Positions 15,081 through 29,629 of a DNA stretch of 64,000 bases are shown piece by piece; the stretch's first letter is position 1, and each line of letters opens with the position of its first letter. The stretch spans positions 45,384,001 to 45,448,000 of the forward strand of contig OX597834.1 in NCBI GenBank assembly GCA_951406725.2, read 5' to 3'. Under the pieces are notes generated by a model. The model was not told the DNA's origin, did no database searches, and was given only the letters and a program-made list of their open reading frames with translations. A program made the position numbers and the translations under genes. This stretch comes from Octopus vulgaris (taxonomy: Eukaryota).

Positions 15081-15111
<31 letters not shown>

Positions 15112-15118
15112 AATCATC

Positions 15119-15163
<45 letters not shown>

Positions 15164-15308
15164 GTCATCATCATCATCATCGTCATCATCATCATCATCA
15201 TCATCATCATCAACATCATCATAATCATCATCATCATCATCACCACAATCACCATCGACATCACCATCATCATCATCATCACAATCATCATCATCATCAT
15301 CATCATCG

Positions 15309-15348
<40 letters not shown>

Positions 15349-15403
15349 AATCATCATCATCATCATCACCACAATCACCATCGACATCACCATCATCATC
15401 ATC

Positions 15404-15467
<64 letters not shown>

Positions 15468-15540
15468 ACATCCTCAGCAGCAGCAGCAGCACCGTCATCA
15501 TCGTCGTTGTTGTCGTCATCGACGTCCCCATCGTCGTCGC
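14683..15540. repeat. long compound (CAT)n microsatellite with a higher-order repeat
   Basis: ~850 bp CAT tract; 'caccacaatcaccatcgacatc' recurs at ~14815, 14926, 15241, 15367. Confidence 0.95.
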
Positions 15541-15741
15541 TGCATGAATCCTGCCAACAAGCTACAAAGCGGTCGGCAATAAAGATGCCACGCTGTGTTA
15601 TTATCTTTAATTTTCCTTCTAAATTCCCTGAACTTATTGCAGCTGACAAAGAAATCCGGATACGCTGTCAACAGTTATAACAAAGGATGGACACATATAT
15701 CAACTAAGCAATACATACACGCACACAGACACACACACACA

Positions 15742-15779
<38 letters not shown>

Positions 15780-15929
15780 GTGATAGAGGAGGTATCAATG
15801 AATATACACAGAAGATAAGAAACCAGAAAAACGTGTAAATAAAAGTATGGAAAACGAAAACAATTTTTTTTTACCGTGTAATATAATTTGAGCATGAGCA
15901 GTTTATTCTATTTGAGGTTAAATTTAATC

Positions 15930-15941
15930 ATAATAATAATA

Positions 15942-16026
<85 letters not shown>

Positions 16027-16096
16027 TAGCAACAACAACAGCAATAATAATAATATTAAAAATAATAATAATAATAATAAATATAATAATAATAAT

Positions 16097-16143
<47 letters not shown>

Positions 16144-16205
16144 TAACGAGGAGGAGGAGGAGGGTGGTGATGATGATGATGATGATGATGATGATGGTGA
16201 TGATG
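15930..16205. repeat. (AAT)n plus (GAG)n/(GAT)n microsatellites
   Basis: direct. Confidence 0.95.
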
Positions 16206-16814
16206 ATAGATACTTCTTTTATAATATCAAAAGCATTAAAAATAATAGTCATTTGAAATTGCGATACGATTTATTTTAGACAACAGAAGCAGATATTGCA
16301 AAAACGCTTACGAAAAAAAAAAAGAGAAGATGATAGAAAACACATGATTAGATGCCCGTATGTTGTGTTATGTTATCATTGATTTGGCAACGAATCAACA
16401 GCGACAAATACTCACTTAAATGAAAAGTTAAGTGTAATGTATCACCTCGTTTATAAATGAACCAACGAAAAGAGAAAAACAGAAAACAATAAATAAACTA
16501 CCGTAGCAAATGGAAAAACAACATCATGAACCACATGAAAAAACTGGAGTTCAAATATAAACAAAGCCGATAATCGAGAATAGCAATGTTTTCAATAAAC
16601 TTATAAAGAGCATCGGAAAGAGTTACAAATACCAATAGAGGAGAGCGAGAAATGTTAACATTTGTTTAATTTTTCAACATCGACATCTTTGATATACTTT
16701 TTAGGAAAATGTTTTCTTTCATTGTTTTTGTGTCATGCATGTGTGTATGTTTATATGCGTGCATATATGAAGAGAAGAATATATTCACCTGTGCATGTAG
16801 ATACGTGCACACGT

Positions 16815-16832
16815 ACGTATATATGTATGTTT

Positions 16833-16879
<47 letters not shown>

Positions 16880-16927
16880 CATACATACATATATACATAC
16901 ATACATACATACATGCATATATATATA

Positions 16928-16976
<49 letters not shown>

Positions 16977-17262
16977 TACGTATGTATGAACGTGTGAATG
17001 TGTACTTGTATGTATGTAAACGTAGCTTTTGCTCATAGATGCAAGTATATACATATATGCAAACATATACACACAGATACATACATATATAAGCATATAT
17101 ATACCTGTTTGAATGTATATACGAAAAACATACATATAAATGTGTGTTTTTATGTGCGTGTGTGTGTTTGTGGTGTGTTTTTTGTGGGTGTGTGCAAATC
17201 CATATACGTACACAGAAAGACACACACAAAGTAACATCAACACACACATACATATATATGTT

Positions 17263-17356
<94 letters not shown>

Positions 17357-17497
17357 TATATATATTCATACATACACACACACATATATAAGTGAATGTA
17401 TGTATGTACATATGTTTGTGCGTATATATATATATATATATATACACATATATATATATATATATATATATAGTGAGTGTATGTATGTATATATATA

Positions 17498-17535
<38 letters not shown>
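16815..17535. repeat. compound (TA)/(TACA)/(TG) low-complexity block
   Basis: direct. Confidence 0.9.
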
Positions 17536-17536
<1 letters not shown>

Positions 17537-17818
17537 GTATGTGTATCTGCGTGCAAAAAATCTATCAACGTAAAATAGGTTTGGAATTAAAGTTTATTCG
17601 ATACGTTATTATGTTGGCAAATTTAAAGCGAAACGTGCAACAATAACAACGGATAATTGCCGTATTCCCGTGACATTTCGATTTATATAAAATACAGCAA
17701 GATGTAGAGTTTTATCATTCCGTTTTATTGTTTCTCATCAATTTGTTGTTTTTTTTTTCTAAACAACATTGACACGTATTTGCTTTCATTACATTATTCT
17801 TATACTCTTATTCTTCCA

Positions 17819-18023
<205 letters not shown>

Positions 18024-18164
18024 CCTTCTTTATTTCTTAAACCTAATAAACTACTACAAGCGTTGGACATCACCAGCATCGTCGTCGTTATCGTCATCAA
18101 CGTTATTTTTTGTTATTCATTTATTTATTTTAGCATTTCATTATATTCCTTTATTCTGTTATTT

Positions 18165-18502
18165 GTTTCAGTGATTTGACTGAGGCCATGCTGGAGCACC
18201 GCATTTAGTCGAACAAATCGACCCCAGGACTTAATATTTGTTAGCCTAGTACTTATGCTATCGGTCAATTTTGCCGAACCGCTAAGTTACAAGCACGTAA
18301 ACACACCAGCATCGGTTGTGAAGCGATGTTGGTGGACAAACACATACACACACACACATACACACACACACACATTTATATATATCAAGTCCACACACAA
18401 GGCTTTGTGCGGTCCGAGGCTATAGTAGAAGGTGCCGTGCAGTGTGACTGAACCCAGAATCATGTGGGTGGTAAGCAAGCAACTCACCACACACCCACAT
18501 GT
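18165..18502 (-). mobile_element. SINE family A copy
   Basis: reverse complement of tail 'ggccatgctggagcaccgc...gccgaaccgctaagttac' and head 'gactgaacccagaatcatgtgg'. Confidence 0.8.
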
Positions 18503-18699
18503 GTAAACCTCCACACTGACTACCTTTGACTTGTACCCCCCCTAATATTCGCCCTGGTGGCAAATAAAAGATATCATCACCATCACCATCATCATCATCA
18601 TTATTATTACTATGACTATTATTATTATTATAATTATTGTTGATGTTGTTGTTCTTCTTCTTCGTTTTATTACTATTATTGTTATTGTTATTTCGACTG

Positions 18700-19480
18700 T
18701 CGCTACCTTCCGACTTCAAATACCGACATTGCCCTTCATTCTTTCGAAATCGATTAAGTACACGTGAAACACTATGGTCGATGTAATCGAATAAAGCCCC
18801 ACTACAATTTCAGACCTTGTACCTATATTAGAAAGGATCATTGCTGGTACATTTTACCACTGAGGCAAAACTGGAACAACATGAAACGATGAGCATAAAG
18901 AAAGTACAATAGTTTCTACGTTATCCAGGAATTGAAACGGGGAACGTATGACCGTGAGACAAACACACTCTCCACACCAAGCTACGCTCCATGGTATTTG
19001 GTATAGGCTATTTTAATCAAGATGGCGAGCTGGCAGAATTGGTAGCACACCGGGCGAAATGCTTAGCGTCATTTCCTCCCTGTTTACGTTAAGTTCAAAT
19101 TCCTCCGAGGTCATCTTTTCCATTTATCCTTTTGGTGACAGCAAGTTAAATACCAGTGGAACACTGGGGTCGATGTCTTTGGCTAGTCTCCTCACCTCAA
19201 ATTTCAGGCCTTGTGTCTTTAGTAGAAAGCATTATTATTGTCATTATTTTTGTTGTTGTGATTATTGCTGTTCTTAAGGCGGCGAGCTGGCAGAAACGTT
19301 AGCGCGTCGGGCGAAATGCTTAGCGGTATTTTGTCTGCCGCTACGTTTTGAGTTCAAATTCCGCCGATGTCGACTTTCTCTCTTTCGGGGTCGATTAATC
19401 AAGTACCAATTACGCACTACAGTCGGTGTAATCGACTTAATCCCCTCCCCCATGCTACCCTTGTGGCAAAAATTTGAAAT
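18700..19480 (+). mobile_element. three SINE family B copies (~18700, 19022, 19277)
   Basis: 'ggcgagctggcagaa...gggcgaaatgcttagcg...agttcaaattcc'. Confidence 0.8.
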
Positions 19481-20104
19481 CATTATTATTGCTGTTGTTG
19501 TTATTGTTGTTATTAATATCAATATTGTTGTTATTATTGTTCTTGTTTTGTTGTTGTTGATGGTGTTGCTGTTATTGTTGTAGATCTTGTTATTATTCAG
19601 TTTTATTTTTATTGCGTGTCTTCCCAAAATTATCGATCACCGCTTTATTTGTCTTCGATATGCGTTCTTCATTGCTTTTATTTGCTGGTTTCTATTTAAC
19701 AGAGTGTTAGCAATTTGCACTTTTGAGACGATAATAATTTGGAATCATATATCATACTTTAAACATTTGTTTTAAGTGCCGCTCCAGTCTCGAGTGACTA
19801 CAACTATCTTCTCGCCACCTACCTCAGTATTGGAAAAACCAATCTACGAAAGCTGGAATGATTGACAGATACGCTAATACACAGCTAGTACTGTTTACCT
19901 CTGTGGAAAAACAGGGACAACATGAGGTGATGAGCATGGAGGATGCACAACATTTTCCAACTTATCCAGGAATTGAAACGACGAACCTATGACCTGGAGC
20001 CAAGCACATTCACCACACTAGGCTACGCTTCGTGTTAATTGGTGGTAGATGCCATTGTAATCTATTTGCTGAAGGAGTAACAAAATACCTTGCGAAGAAT
20101 AATC

Positions 20105-20316
20105 TTTTCTACTCTTGATACAAGGACCGAAATTTTGGAGGGAGGGGGCCAGTTGATTAGATCGACCTCAGTATGCAACTGGTACTTAATTTAACGACCG
20201 CAAAAGGATGAAAAAACAAAGTCGACCCCGAGTGTAATTGGAACTCAGGACGCAAAGACAGACGAAATACCACTAAATATTTCGCCCGACGTGCTGACGT
20301 TTGTGCCAGCTCGCCT
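20105..20316 (-). mobile_element. SINE family B copy
   Basis: 'gacgaaataccactaaatatttcgcccgacgtgctgacgtttgtgccagctcgcc'. Confidence 0.75.
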
Positions 20317-21449
20317 TGCGAGGAGAAATAGCAGAATTATTGCTACACAGCACACACAAAACCGGAGCAACCTTGTGTTTTCAGAGAAACCAAAACACAG
20401 CGAACTGCCGAGTGTGTGAAGACTGATAAGGTACAATCGCGTTTCTCTCTGGCTGTCATTCTTACTCATGAAAGAATGCATCTCGAAATGCATGTCAGCA
20501 TTAGGCCTATGGAAGAAACTATTACAATTGTAATTGTTGTTGTTGTTGTTGTTGGTGGTGATGTTGCCGTATCTTTCCGCGTGCATTTATTTAAGATTTA
20601 CATTTTCTTGCTTAATTTTCAAAAAATCATATTAGTATTTTTATCATATTGCACAGAATTGGTACAGAACGAGGTATTTGTAATCATGTTTTTTCTTTCT
20701 TCGTTATTCTTTCTTGATTCATTCATTTATTTATTTGGTGTAACATATTCACGAAAACAAATGTGTTTCTGAACACAACTTCTCTGGTAACTCATAACTT
20801 TGAACACACTCGTCGTTCCAGGTGTGATAAAACACTGGGATATTTCCCCTATGAAGTTCACAGAAATAGAAATACCGAGCTAACGAAATTAAAGAAATTA
20901 ATCATTCTTTGAAATAATAATAAAAATTCTGGCGTTTGTCTCTTAAAACAAAGCGATATCAATGACTCGGTGAATAACAACTGGAGCAACACCGACAATA
21001 AATTTGACGCACACACCCCCCACATCAGACCTTAAAATTCTTCAGAATCCAAGTCAGATTGCAGCCTTTTGCAAATATTTTCTCCAGCATTAAAAAATCA
21101 ATTAACGTGTAACTATTTGAAGAAGAATCTAGAGCATAGAATTACAATGTCGATAAACTGGGCAATCTCCTGCCACACACGATTACACACGAACCTGAAA
21201 AGGAAAACAAAGAAATGTGTTGTCCAAATCATGGTGTCTTTCTGTGTACACCACAAGGAGAAATTCAATATCGGCATCATCAATACAGGGAAAGGAATTG
21301 ATTTCATTGAGAGAGGTCAGAGATCTGGCACAATATGCATCATATTAAAAACATAAGGATGGAGCACACGGCAAAGCACAGACGATAAGAGACATGTCTG
21401 TCCATAAATTAGTATAACCCTACACGTGTAGGAGAAAAGTGGGGAATAT

Positions 21450-22172
21450 CATTTTAGCCAGGACTGGGCAGCCAGAGGTAATATGATTTATTGTTTCTTG
21501 TCCATCTCCACATATTCTGCAGTTACTTGTTATGTTTCTTTTCATTACATGTTTTTGGTAATTTCTGGTGGGGAGGCTTTGGTCTTGTGCTGCAATTAAA
21601 AATCCTTCAGCCTCTGCTTTGAGTCCTGAGTTTCTCAACTATTGCTGGGATATTTTTTTGTCTATTTCTTTCGTATTTAGTTTAGTCCAGTATTTGCCAT
21701 GAAGGGGTTTTTCTTGCCATCGTTTTATTATGATCCGTTTCTGTTCTAGTTTTAGTTTGGATTTGATTTGTTTTATAGCTGTTATTGTTTCCTCTTCTTC
21801 TTCATATTTGCTAGGTAGTATGGCTTCATGTTTGTATTTTTTGTGTTGTTTTTTTTTTTGTTTTGCTCGTGTTTTGTGGCTATTTGTATTAGTTTTTCTT
21901 GCTTCTGAAGTAGGTATTTTCGCAGTCCTATGGTGGTTATTTTATAATAGTTTTCCAGCTCTATAAGGCCTCTACCACCTTCTATACGTTGTATATATAG
22001 CCTTTCTATGTCAGATTTTGGGTGCGGCATCCTAGCTCCTGTCATCATTTTTCTTGTTGACCTGTCTATTCTGGTTAGTTCATTTAGGGTCCAGTTAAGG
22101 ATATTGTAGCTGTAACATACAATTTGGACGGCTAGTGTGTTGATACCTATTATCTTGTTTTTAGCATTGATC
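21450..22172 (-). pseudogene. R4/Dong-like retrotransposon ORF fragment (end of RT through CCHC zinc knuckle), frameshifted
   Basis: NAKNKIIGINTLAV...IDRSTRKMMTGARMPHPKSDIERLYIQRIEGGRGLIELE and LKAEAEGFLIAAQDQSLPTRNY...CRICGDGQETINHITSGCPVLA. Confidence 0.9.
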
Positions 22173-22214
22173 TAACTCGTCTATAGTCATCATTATCATC
22201 ATCATCATCATTAT

Positions 22215-22420
22215 TCGGCGATCTGACAGGTTCGTTAGGACGCCGGGCGAAAGGCTTTGCGGTATTTTGCTGGTCTTCACTTCTGCGTACAAATTCCGCC
22301 GGGGTCGACTTTGCCTTTCATCTTTTCGGTGTCAATGAATGAAGTACTAGTGAACCGCTGGGGTCGATGTAATCGACTAGTCCCCACCCACAAAATTGCA
22401 GGTCTTGTACCTATAGTAAA
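22215..22420 (+). mobile_element. SINE family B copy followed by (TTC)n/(TTA)n
   Basis: 'aaattccgccggggtcgactttgcctttcatc'. Confidence 0.75.
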
Positions 22421-22462
22421 AATTATCATTATTTATTCTTCTTCTTCTTCTTCTTCTTCTTC

Positions 22463-22530
<68 letters not shown>

Positions 22531-22734
22531 TTCGCCAGAGGTGGACGTGTATTTCGGAGCTCCGTAAATGTGTGCCTTGTTTACCTCTAAAGACATTTTA
22601 TTCTTATTACTTCTGACTAAGTTAATCTAGACTATACTGGCTTGATTAACAGGATTGCATCTTTTTCTGCCCTGTGGGCCAAACATCAATCGAAAAGAAA
22701 ATTAATTTTCCTTTCAAAATTCGCAGAATTTAAT

Positions 22735-23203
22735 ATGGCGTCGTCTTTGTCAGCAAGTCAACAGGAGGGAAGAATTGGGAGGAGATGTGGAACGCGAAAC
22801 TGTCTTTCGACTTCAGTCACCCCCACTCACTTTAGATGTAAATGATAGTGGTAGTAGCAGTGGGAGTAGCAACAGCAATGACAACAACAGCAACAGCAAC
22901 AAACAGAGTGGAAGTGTCAGGTGTAATGAGAATTCGATCAAGGAATCACGAAATATAACTAGCAGCAGCCAATTGTTCAAGGAAAATATCAGTACCACTA
23001 CCACTTCGACCACCTCACAAATCAATAAAATTTTGAACAAAGAAAGAAAAGGTTCAAATAGAAATAACGTCTATTTCACAAAAGTTACAAATAAGTTTGA
23101 AATTATGACGTTAAAGGATAAGAGAGAACGTTTAAATGAAGCTGAGAGGACTACAAGACATGAAGAAAGAAAGGCCACACTAAAAGGCCTCAAAACCAGC
23201 TAG
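22735..23203 (+). pseudogene. frameshifted ORF of unknown identity, possibly a retroelement ORF1 N-terminus
   Basis: ATG at 22735 (MASSLSASQQEGRI) joins by a frameshift to a 142-codon S/N/T-rich then K/E/R-rich frame; the block is bounded by (TTA)n and (TA)n. Confidence 0.3.
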
Positions 23204-23284
23204 AGACAACCGAAAAAATACCAATCATGTACTGATGTCTGTCTATGAAAAGAAGACTAGAAAAATACCATCAGACCAAGCTGA

Positions 23285-23324
<40 letters not shown>

Positions 23325-23380
23325 GTCTGTGTATTGTCGTCTATATTTTGTGTTCGGCCCTAGTGGCCAATAAAGAAAGA

Positions 23381-23390
23381 ATTATTGTTA

Positions 23391-23463
<73 letters not shown>

Positions 23464-23474
23464 CATCATCATCA

Positions 23475-23550
<76 letters not shown>
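23381..23550. repeat. (TTA)n microsatellite
   Basis: direct. Confidence 0.95.
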
Positions 23551-23551
23551 C

Positions 23552-23970
23552 ATGGCGGCGAAAACATACAAAGCAAAATGCTTATCGCCATTTCGTCCGT
23601 CATTATCTTCTGTGTTCGAATTGCTCCAAGGTCGATTTTGCATTTCACCCCTTCGGCATCAATAAATTAATTACCAGTGATGCACTGTGGTCGATGTAAT
23701 CGACTGTTCTTCTCTCCAAACATTCCGGGCTTTGGGCCTTTAATGGAAGGGATTATTATTATTAATATCAAAGTGGCGTGCTGGCAGAAACTTTCGCACG
23801 TCGTGATAAATACTGAGTTACATTTTTTATCCGTTCTGCGTTCAAATTCCTCCGAGGTCGACTTTACCTTTTATCGTTTCGGAGTTGACAAAATTCATAC
23901 CAGTTAAGAAGTGAGGTCGATGAAGTCGACTTCACAGAAATTTGCTCGCATTGAGCCAAAATTTGAAGCC
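23552..23970 (+). mobile_element. two decayed SINE family B copies
   Basis: 'gttcaaattcctccgaggtcgactttaccttttatc'. Confidence 0.7.
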
Positions 23971-24009
23971 ATTATTGTAATAATTACAGATAGAAAGATA
24001 ACTACTTAC

Positions 24010-24024
24010 CTAGGTAGATAGATG

Positions 24025-24117
<93 letters not shown>
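24010..24117. repeat. (GATA)n microsatellite
   Basis: direct. Confidence 0.95.
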
Positions 24118-24533
24118 TAATAACAGCAATGATGGCGCGGGTGGTGATAGTTATTCAAGGGAATATGCACTAGATCTAAATATATAGTGGTAATGTTTAC
24201 GATAATTGCCTATTAGTAAAGAATGCGACAGAGAAAGTCTAAACCGATTGCTTCCAGATACTTGTAGCTAATATGTTCTGCACTGTCGTTCATTCATAGA
24301 CTCATTAACTAATCAGTTTTTAGATGAAAAATCTGTGAAGCGTGACTATTTCACTTTCGGAGATGATACCTTTCACATTATTACATTACGGCCTTTAAGT
24401 ATTCCCGATACTAATGCAATTTATCTGATGTGTTCACATGTATGTATATATACATACATACATACATACATACATACATACATACATACATACGTATATA
24501 CATATATATATAGTTATACATATATGTATATGT

Positions 24534-24569
<36 letters not shown>

Positions 24570-24979
24570 TTGTATATGTGTGTACGCCACACACACATAC
24601 ATACATATCTGTGGGATAAGAATGTCTGTGTATATATGTATACATGTATATATATATATATACATTCAAATACACATACACGCTACACACACAAGCACAC
24701 ATACACACATATATATATGCATATATACAGAAAGAGAGAGAGAGAGAGAATAATATACACATACCGTAATATATAGGGAGATTCATCATTTATCTTATAA
24801 AAAGTTGAAACGTATTTCTAGGTATAAACATTGATTTAAACTTCTCTGTGCAAGTTTACTTGTATTATGTTACCATACCTGTGTACATATTTTAAATACC
24901 ACTGCACTTATATATATATGAGTGTATGTGTGTGTTTGTGCATTCATCTGTAAATGCGTGCATGTATTAGAATAATATA

Positions 24980-25275
<296 letters not shown>

Positions 25276-25471
25276 CAAACCAAGAAACCAGCTCTAGGAA
25301 ATTCCTTCTGATCCCCGCCCAGTAACATGTATTTGCCGCAGGCATTAATTCTGAGATTTATAATAATCGCTACGCTAACAGTTGATTAGCGTGTTGGCGA
25401 GAGCTGTTTCTAGGCGTTTATTCGGACGTGCCCATGCACATTTGAATACACAAACATATCCATACTCACAG

Positions 25472-25507
<36 letters not shown>

Positions 25508-25691
25508 GCATGCATCGAGATTTAGTCACAAGCACTTGGTAGACTTCCTGCCATACATTAATATATAAAATGACGAGGATTCATATATGAACATGCGCGC
25601 ATATACACACCGCATACAGACATAGAAGAAGCATACATGGAGAGCTATACGCATAAATGTACATTGTCTCATACATATAAATGCTTATAAA

Positions 25692-26090
25692 AGGTGCAGG
25701 AGTGGCCGTGTGGTAAGTAGCTTGCTTAACAATCACGTTGGTTCCGTGTTCAGTCACACTGCGTGGCACCTTGGGCTAGTGTCTTCTACTATAGCCTTGT
25801 GAGTGGATTTGGCAGACGGAAACTGAAAGAAGCCCATCGTATATATGTATATATATATATATATGTGTGTGTATGTGTGTGTTTGTGTGTCTGTGTTTGT
25901 AACCCCAACATCACTTGACAAACGATGCTGGTGTGTTTACGTCCCCGTAACTTAGCGGTTCGACACAAGCGACCGATAGATTAAGTACTAGGCTTACAAA
26001 GAATAAGTCCTGGGGTCGATTTGCTCGACTAGAGGCGGTGGTCCAGCAAGGCCGCAGTCAAATGACTGAAACAAATAAAAGAGTAAAGAA
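25692..26090 (+). mobile_element. near full-length SINE family A
   Basis: head 'ggtgcaggagtggccgtgtggtaagtagcttgc...gttcagtcacactgcgtggcaccttggg', internal (TA)(TG) tract, tail ending 'gactgaaacaaataaaagagtaaag'. Confidence 0.85.
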
Positions 26091-26583
26091 TAGAGTAGAT
26101 ACACATCCATGAATGCATGCATACATACATTGTCACACATATATATATATGTGTATATTATCAACGAAAAGAGCGTTTGAAATTCCCATCACCTGCCTTC
26201 GATAAGATCTATGTACCACAATAACGTTGAAGTCAACGACCACGCCATATCTAGGGGCTTCAAAAACTCAATATGTTCCTGTTCTCATACATATGCAGGC
26301 GTAGATATTGACATGCAACACTGCCCCGTTTGATGTTGTCTAAATTCGCATGAAAGGGAATAGTTTTTTCCCCCTTTTTGGCTTGTATTACTGAAATTGG
26401 GGAGTAAATCACAGAAAATGAATTCAGGAAGCATAATCTCTTATATACATACACACAAATTTACAAATACATTAATACACGCAAACAGAATCACAGTTAC
26501 ACTCAAGCACAGAACACGTACATATTTATATATATACATAATAATTATTGTAACAGTAATAATACCCACTAGATTTACTATAG

Positions 26584-26716
<133 letters not shown>

Positions 26717-26809
26717 AGTACGAGCAGACCCCCCCCCCCCCCGCCTTCAACAAAATAACGCTGTTAGTAGTTTTCAATGTAGCCAAAACAAAACAGAAAA
26801 GGCGGCCAT

Positions 26810-27325
26810 AATACCTGACAACTAATGAACGAAAAGAAAAATGGTTAAAAGCTATGAAGCAACAAGAATTTAAGCTAAAACTGGAACTATTAATATAACA
26901 TACCCTGATAAAAGGATGGCAAGAAAAGCCTTCACATAGCATATATACTGGGATAAGCTAAACGGAAATGAATTACACAAAGTAGAATCCCAAAAATGGG
27001 TTGAGAAGCTTGGAACTCAAAGCAGAAACTGAATGTTTTTGTTCAGTGACAAAAGAAGTCACCCGCCCCTCCAGAAACCACATAAAACACAAAGCGAGTA
27101 GCTGTCGAACATTTGGTGATGGGGAAGAAACAGTAAATGATTTTATCTCTGGCTGCTCGGTCCTGGCTATGAAGGAATATGCTCCGAGATGAGTGAGTTG
27201 AGATCTATATCCACTGGGACATGCGCCAGCAGTATGGACTGGCTACAGAAGTAAAGAACAAGTGGTTTAAGCATGTTCCGGACACGGTTACAGAAAATTA
27301 CAAAGCAGCCATATTCTGGGATTTT
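26810..27325 (+). pseudogene. decayed R4/Dong-like fragment (zinc-knuckle region)
   Basis: WQEKPSH..., WLRSLELKAETE...CRTFGDGEETVNDFISGCSVLAMKEY; homologous to 21450-21720. Confidence 0.8.
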
Positions 27326-27534
27326 TCAATACAGACAGATACGGTAAAAGTTACTGGCCCAAGATGCCAAGCAATATATTGTGCATACGGATGTTAAAAC
27401 AATCAGAAATTCAAGGATATTTTTTAATATTTTGCCAATAGCTATAAACCTCTTATTAGACGTGTTGTTATGAATTCCAGCATGGTATTGAGGCATTGAG
27501 TCACGTGACCAAGTGTTCCAATAACTATTGCTAG

Positions 27535-27747
27535 AAGTAAGCCAACTGGATGACAGAATCTTTGGCAGACCGAAAACATTGCTTAGCAGCATTTTGTCAG
27601 TCTGCGTTAAAACACCACTGAGGTAGATAGACTTAGCCTTCCATCCTTTAGAGATCGATAAAATAAGTACCAGTTGCGTACTAGGGTAGATATAATCCCC
27701 TTTTCCCCTCCCCGAAATTGTTGGCCTTGTTCTAAAGCTTGAAACCA
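27535..27747 (+). mobile_element. decayed SINE family B copy
   Basis: 'gacttagccttccatcctttagagatcgataaaataagtaccagttgcg'. Confidence 0.65.
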
Positions 27748-28900
27748 AACACTTTTGCTAGAAATCGATAGTAATATCAACCTAGAATTAACTGCAGCTT
27801 TGTAATTAGCTACACATCGATGTTCTCCTTTTTATCTAACGTTACCGTATCTGATGACATGTAAGATTTACAGTTTGCCAAAAAAATAAAGAAAAAATAT
27901 GTCTGCAAAATGCTTCATGTCTGATACGAATATTTGGGCCATATTATAAGGATTAAAAAACACTAATAATCTTTTACTGAATAAGCGCAGCTGAAATTGT
28001 GCTGCCTTTGATAAGCCCATGGAGCGTCCACACCATCAAATACGATCTGTCGATCTCAGTTATGCAACTGATTTCAAGTACTCTTAGTTCTTTTCAGTTG
28101 TTCAAGATTCTTATCTCAGGCCTGTAAATTTTTGCATTTTATAGAAGCCTTTACTGGGAAATTTCCCCGAATATTTTTTGCAAATTACAAGCGGTTATGC
28201 CATCCACGATACAAAGAGAAGAGAGAAGTGTCGGTAGCAGCAGCTGACAACACATAAAACAGACGCATAAGGAAATGTCGCCAGGCGAAATTAATTCTTT
28301 GCATGCAAGAGAGTTAATGTAATACGACCGAGACGGCATATTAGTATTGAGATGCACCGAGGGAAATATATTTCTCGATTGAACGAAGGGATATTCTTAG
28401 ACAGATTTCTGAACCTGCTTCAAAAGATATTTCTGGCGTGGTTGAATTTTTTACAGATCTAATTAATAGATTTTTTAGGTTTGAAATATGGGAAATAATT
28501 AATATCGTGCGGGGTTAGAGTAAAACCGAGGAAGTTCGCTAATATACCGTGAGTCTCGAATGTGAAGTGGAGATATCAGATACTACAAAAAATTATGCAG
28601 CAGGTCTTTTGTAGAAGTTGTCACACCATTATTCTTCAACATTAGGCCTCCTAAAACGCAAGAGCAATAGATGTTAAACGGAATAAACTAGCCAACAATT
28701 GATTATTGTTATGCGTGTATGAGAGTTTGTGCAATTTAAACATCTTTTAATGCTAAAACAATGCCAGTTATAAACACATTAATCATACAGGTCAGTGCTT
28801 AGTACTATTTCTTGGTACTTCAATATTTCAAGTCTAAAACAACATCTTCAAGAGATTTAAGAAGAGGGGTTGATAGCTGATTTTTCTGCTAGATAGTGTG

Positions 28901-28964
<64 letters not shown>

Positions 28965-29506
28965 TTATAATCGACAGAAAGACACAGATGTGACCCGTAG
29001 GCCAAGAGCTTCGACTATGGCACGTATAAAACTGAGTTGAAATGAAGAGTTTTTGTTACAAACTGAGCCAGTATATGAATATACATGAGCCAGTAATATT
29101 TACAGTAGACTCGGGTTGGTGCATGGCTCATCGGCTGAGTATAATCAGCAGGATTTCTGGACGTGCGAATGAAATGACGAGGCATTAAATCTGATTGAAC
29201 GACAGATTACTCATTATCAAACTTGCGGAGATTTATTCATTTGCGTCAACAAGCATTTTTGTATGTGCGTACAATTATATGCCTATATTTATATGTCTTT
29301 ATAAATAAATGTATATATGTGTATACATAAGCAATAATAAATCTCAGAGCGAGGCAAATATACTTCACAATAAGTGGCAAATATACTTCACGATGTGTAT
29401 ATATACATATATATATATATGTATATGCATATGTGTGTGTGTATGTGCGTGTATACATATATAAGTTTGCATATATATGTATAGACATATATACAACCTC
29501 TCTCTC

Positions 29507-29542
<36 letters not shown>

Positions 29543-29553
29543 CATATATATAG

Positions 29554-29629
<76 letters not shown>

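Noticed and set aside
14597-15649. 350-aa poly-Asp ORF as an acidic biomineralisation protein
   Set aside because: It lies in a CAT microsatellite, has no ATG start or signal peptide, and an open frame is expected by chance.
20464-20502. Hammerhead-like 'ctcatga...gaaatgcatgtc'
   Set aside because: A core G is mutated and there is no stem I pairing.
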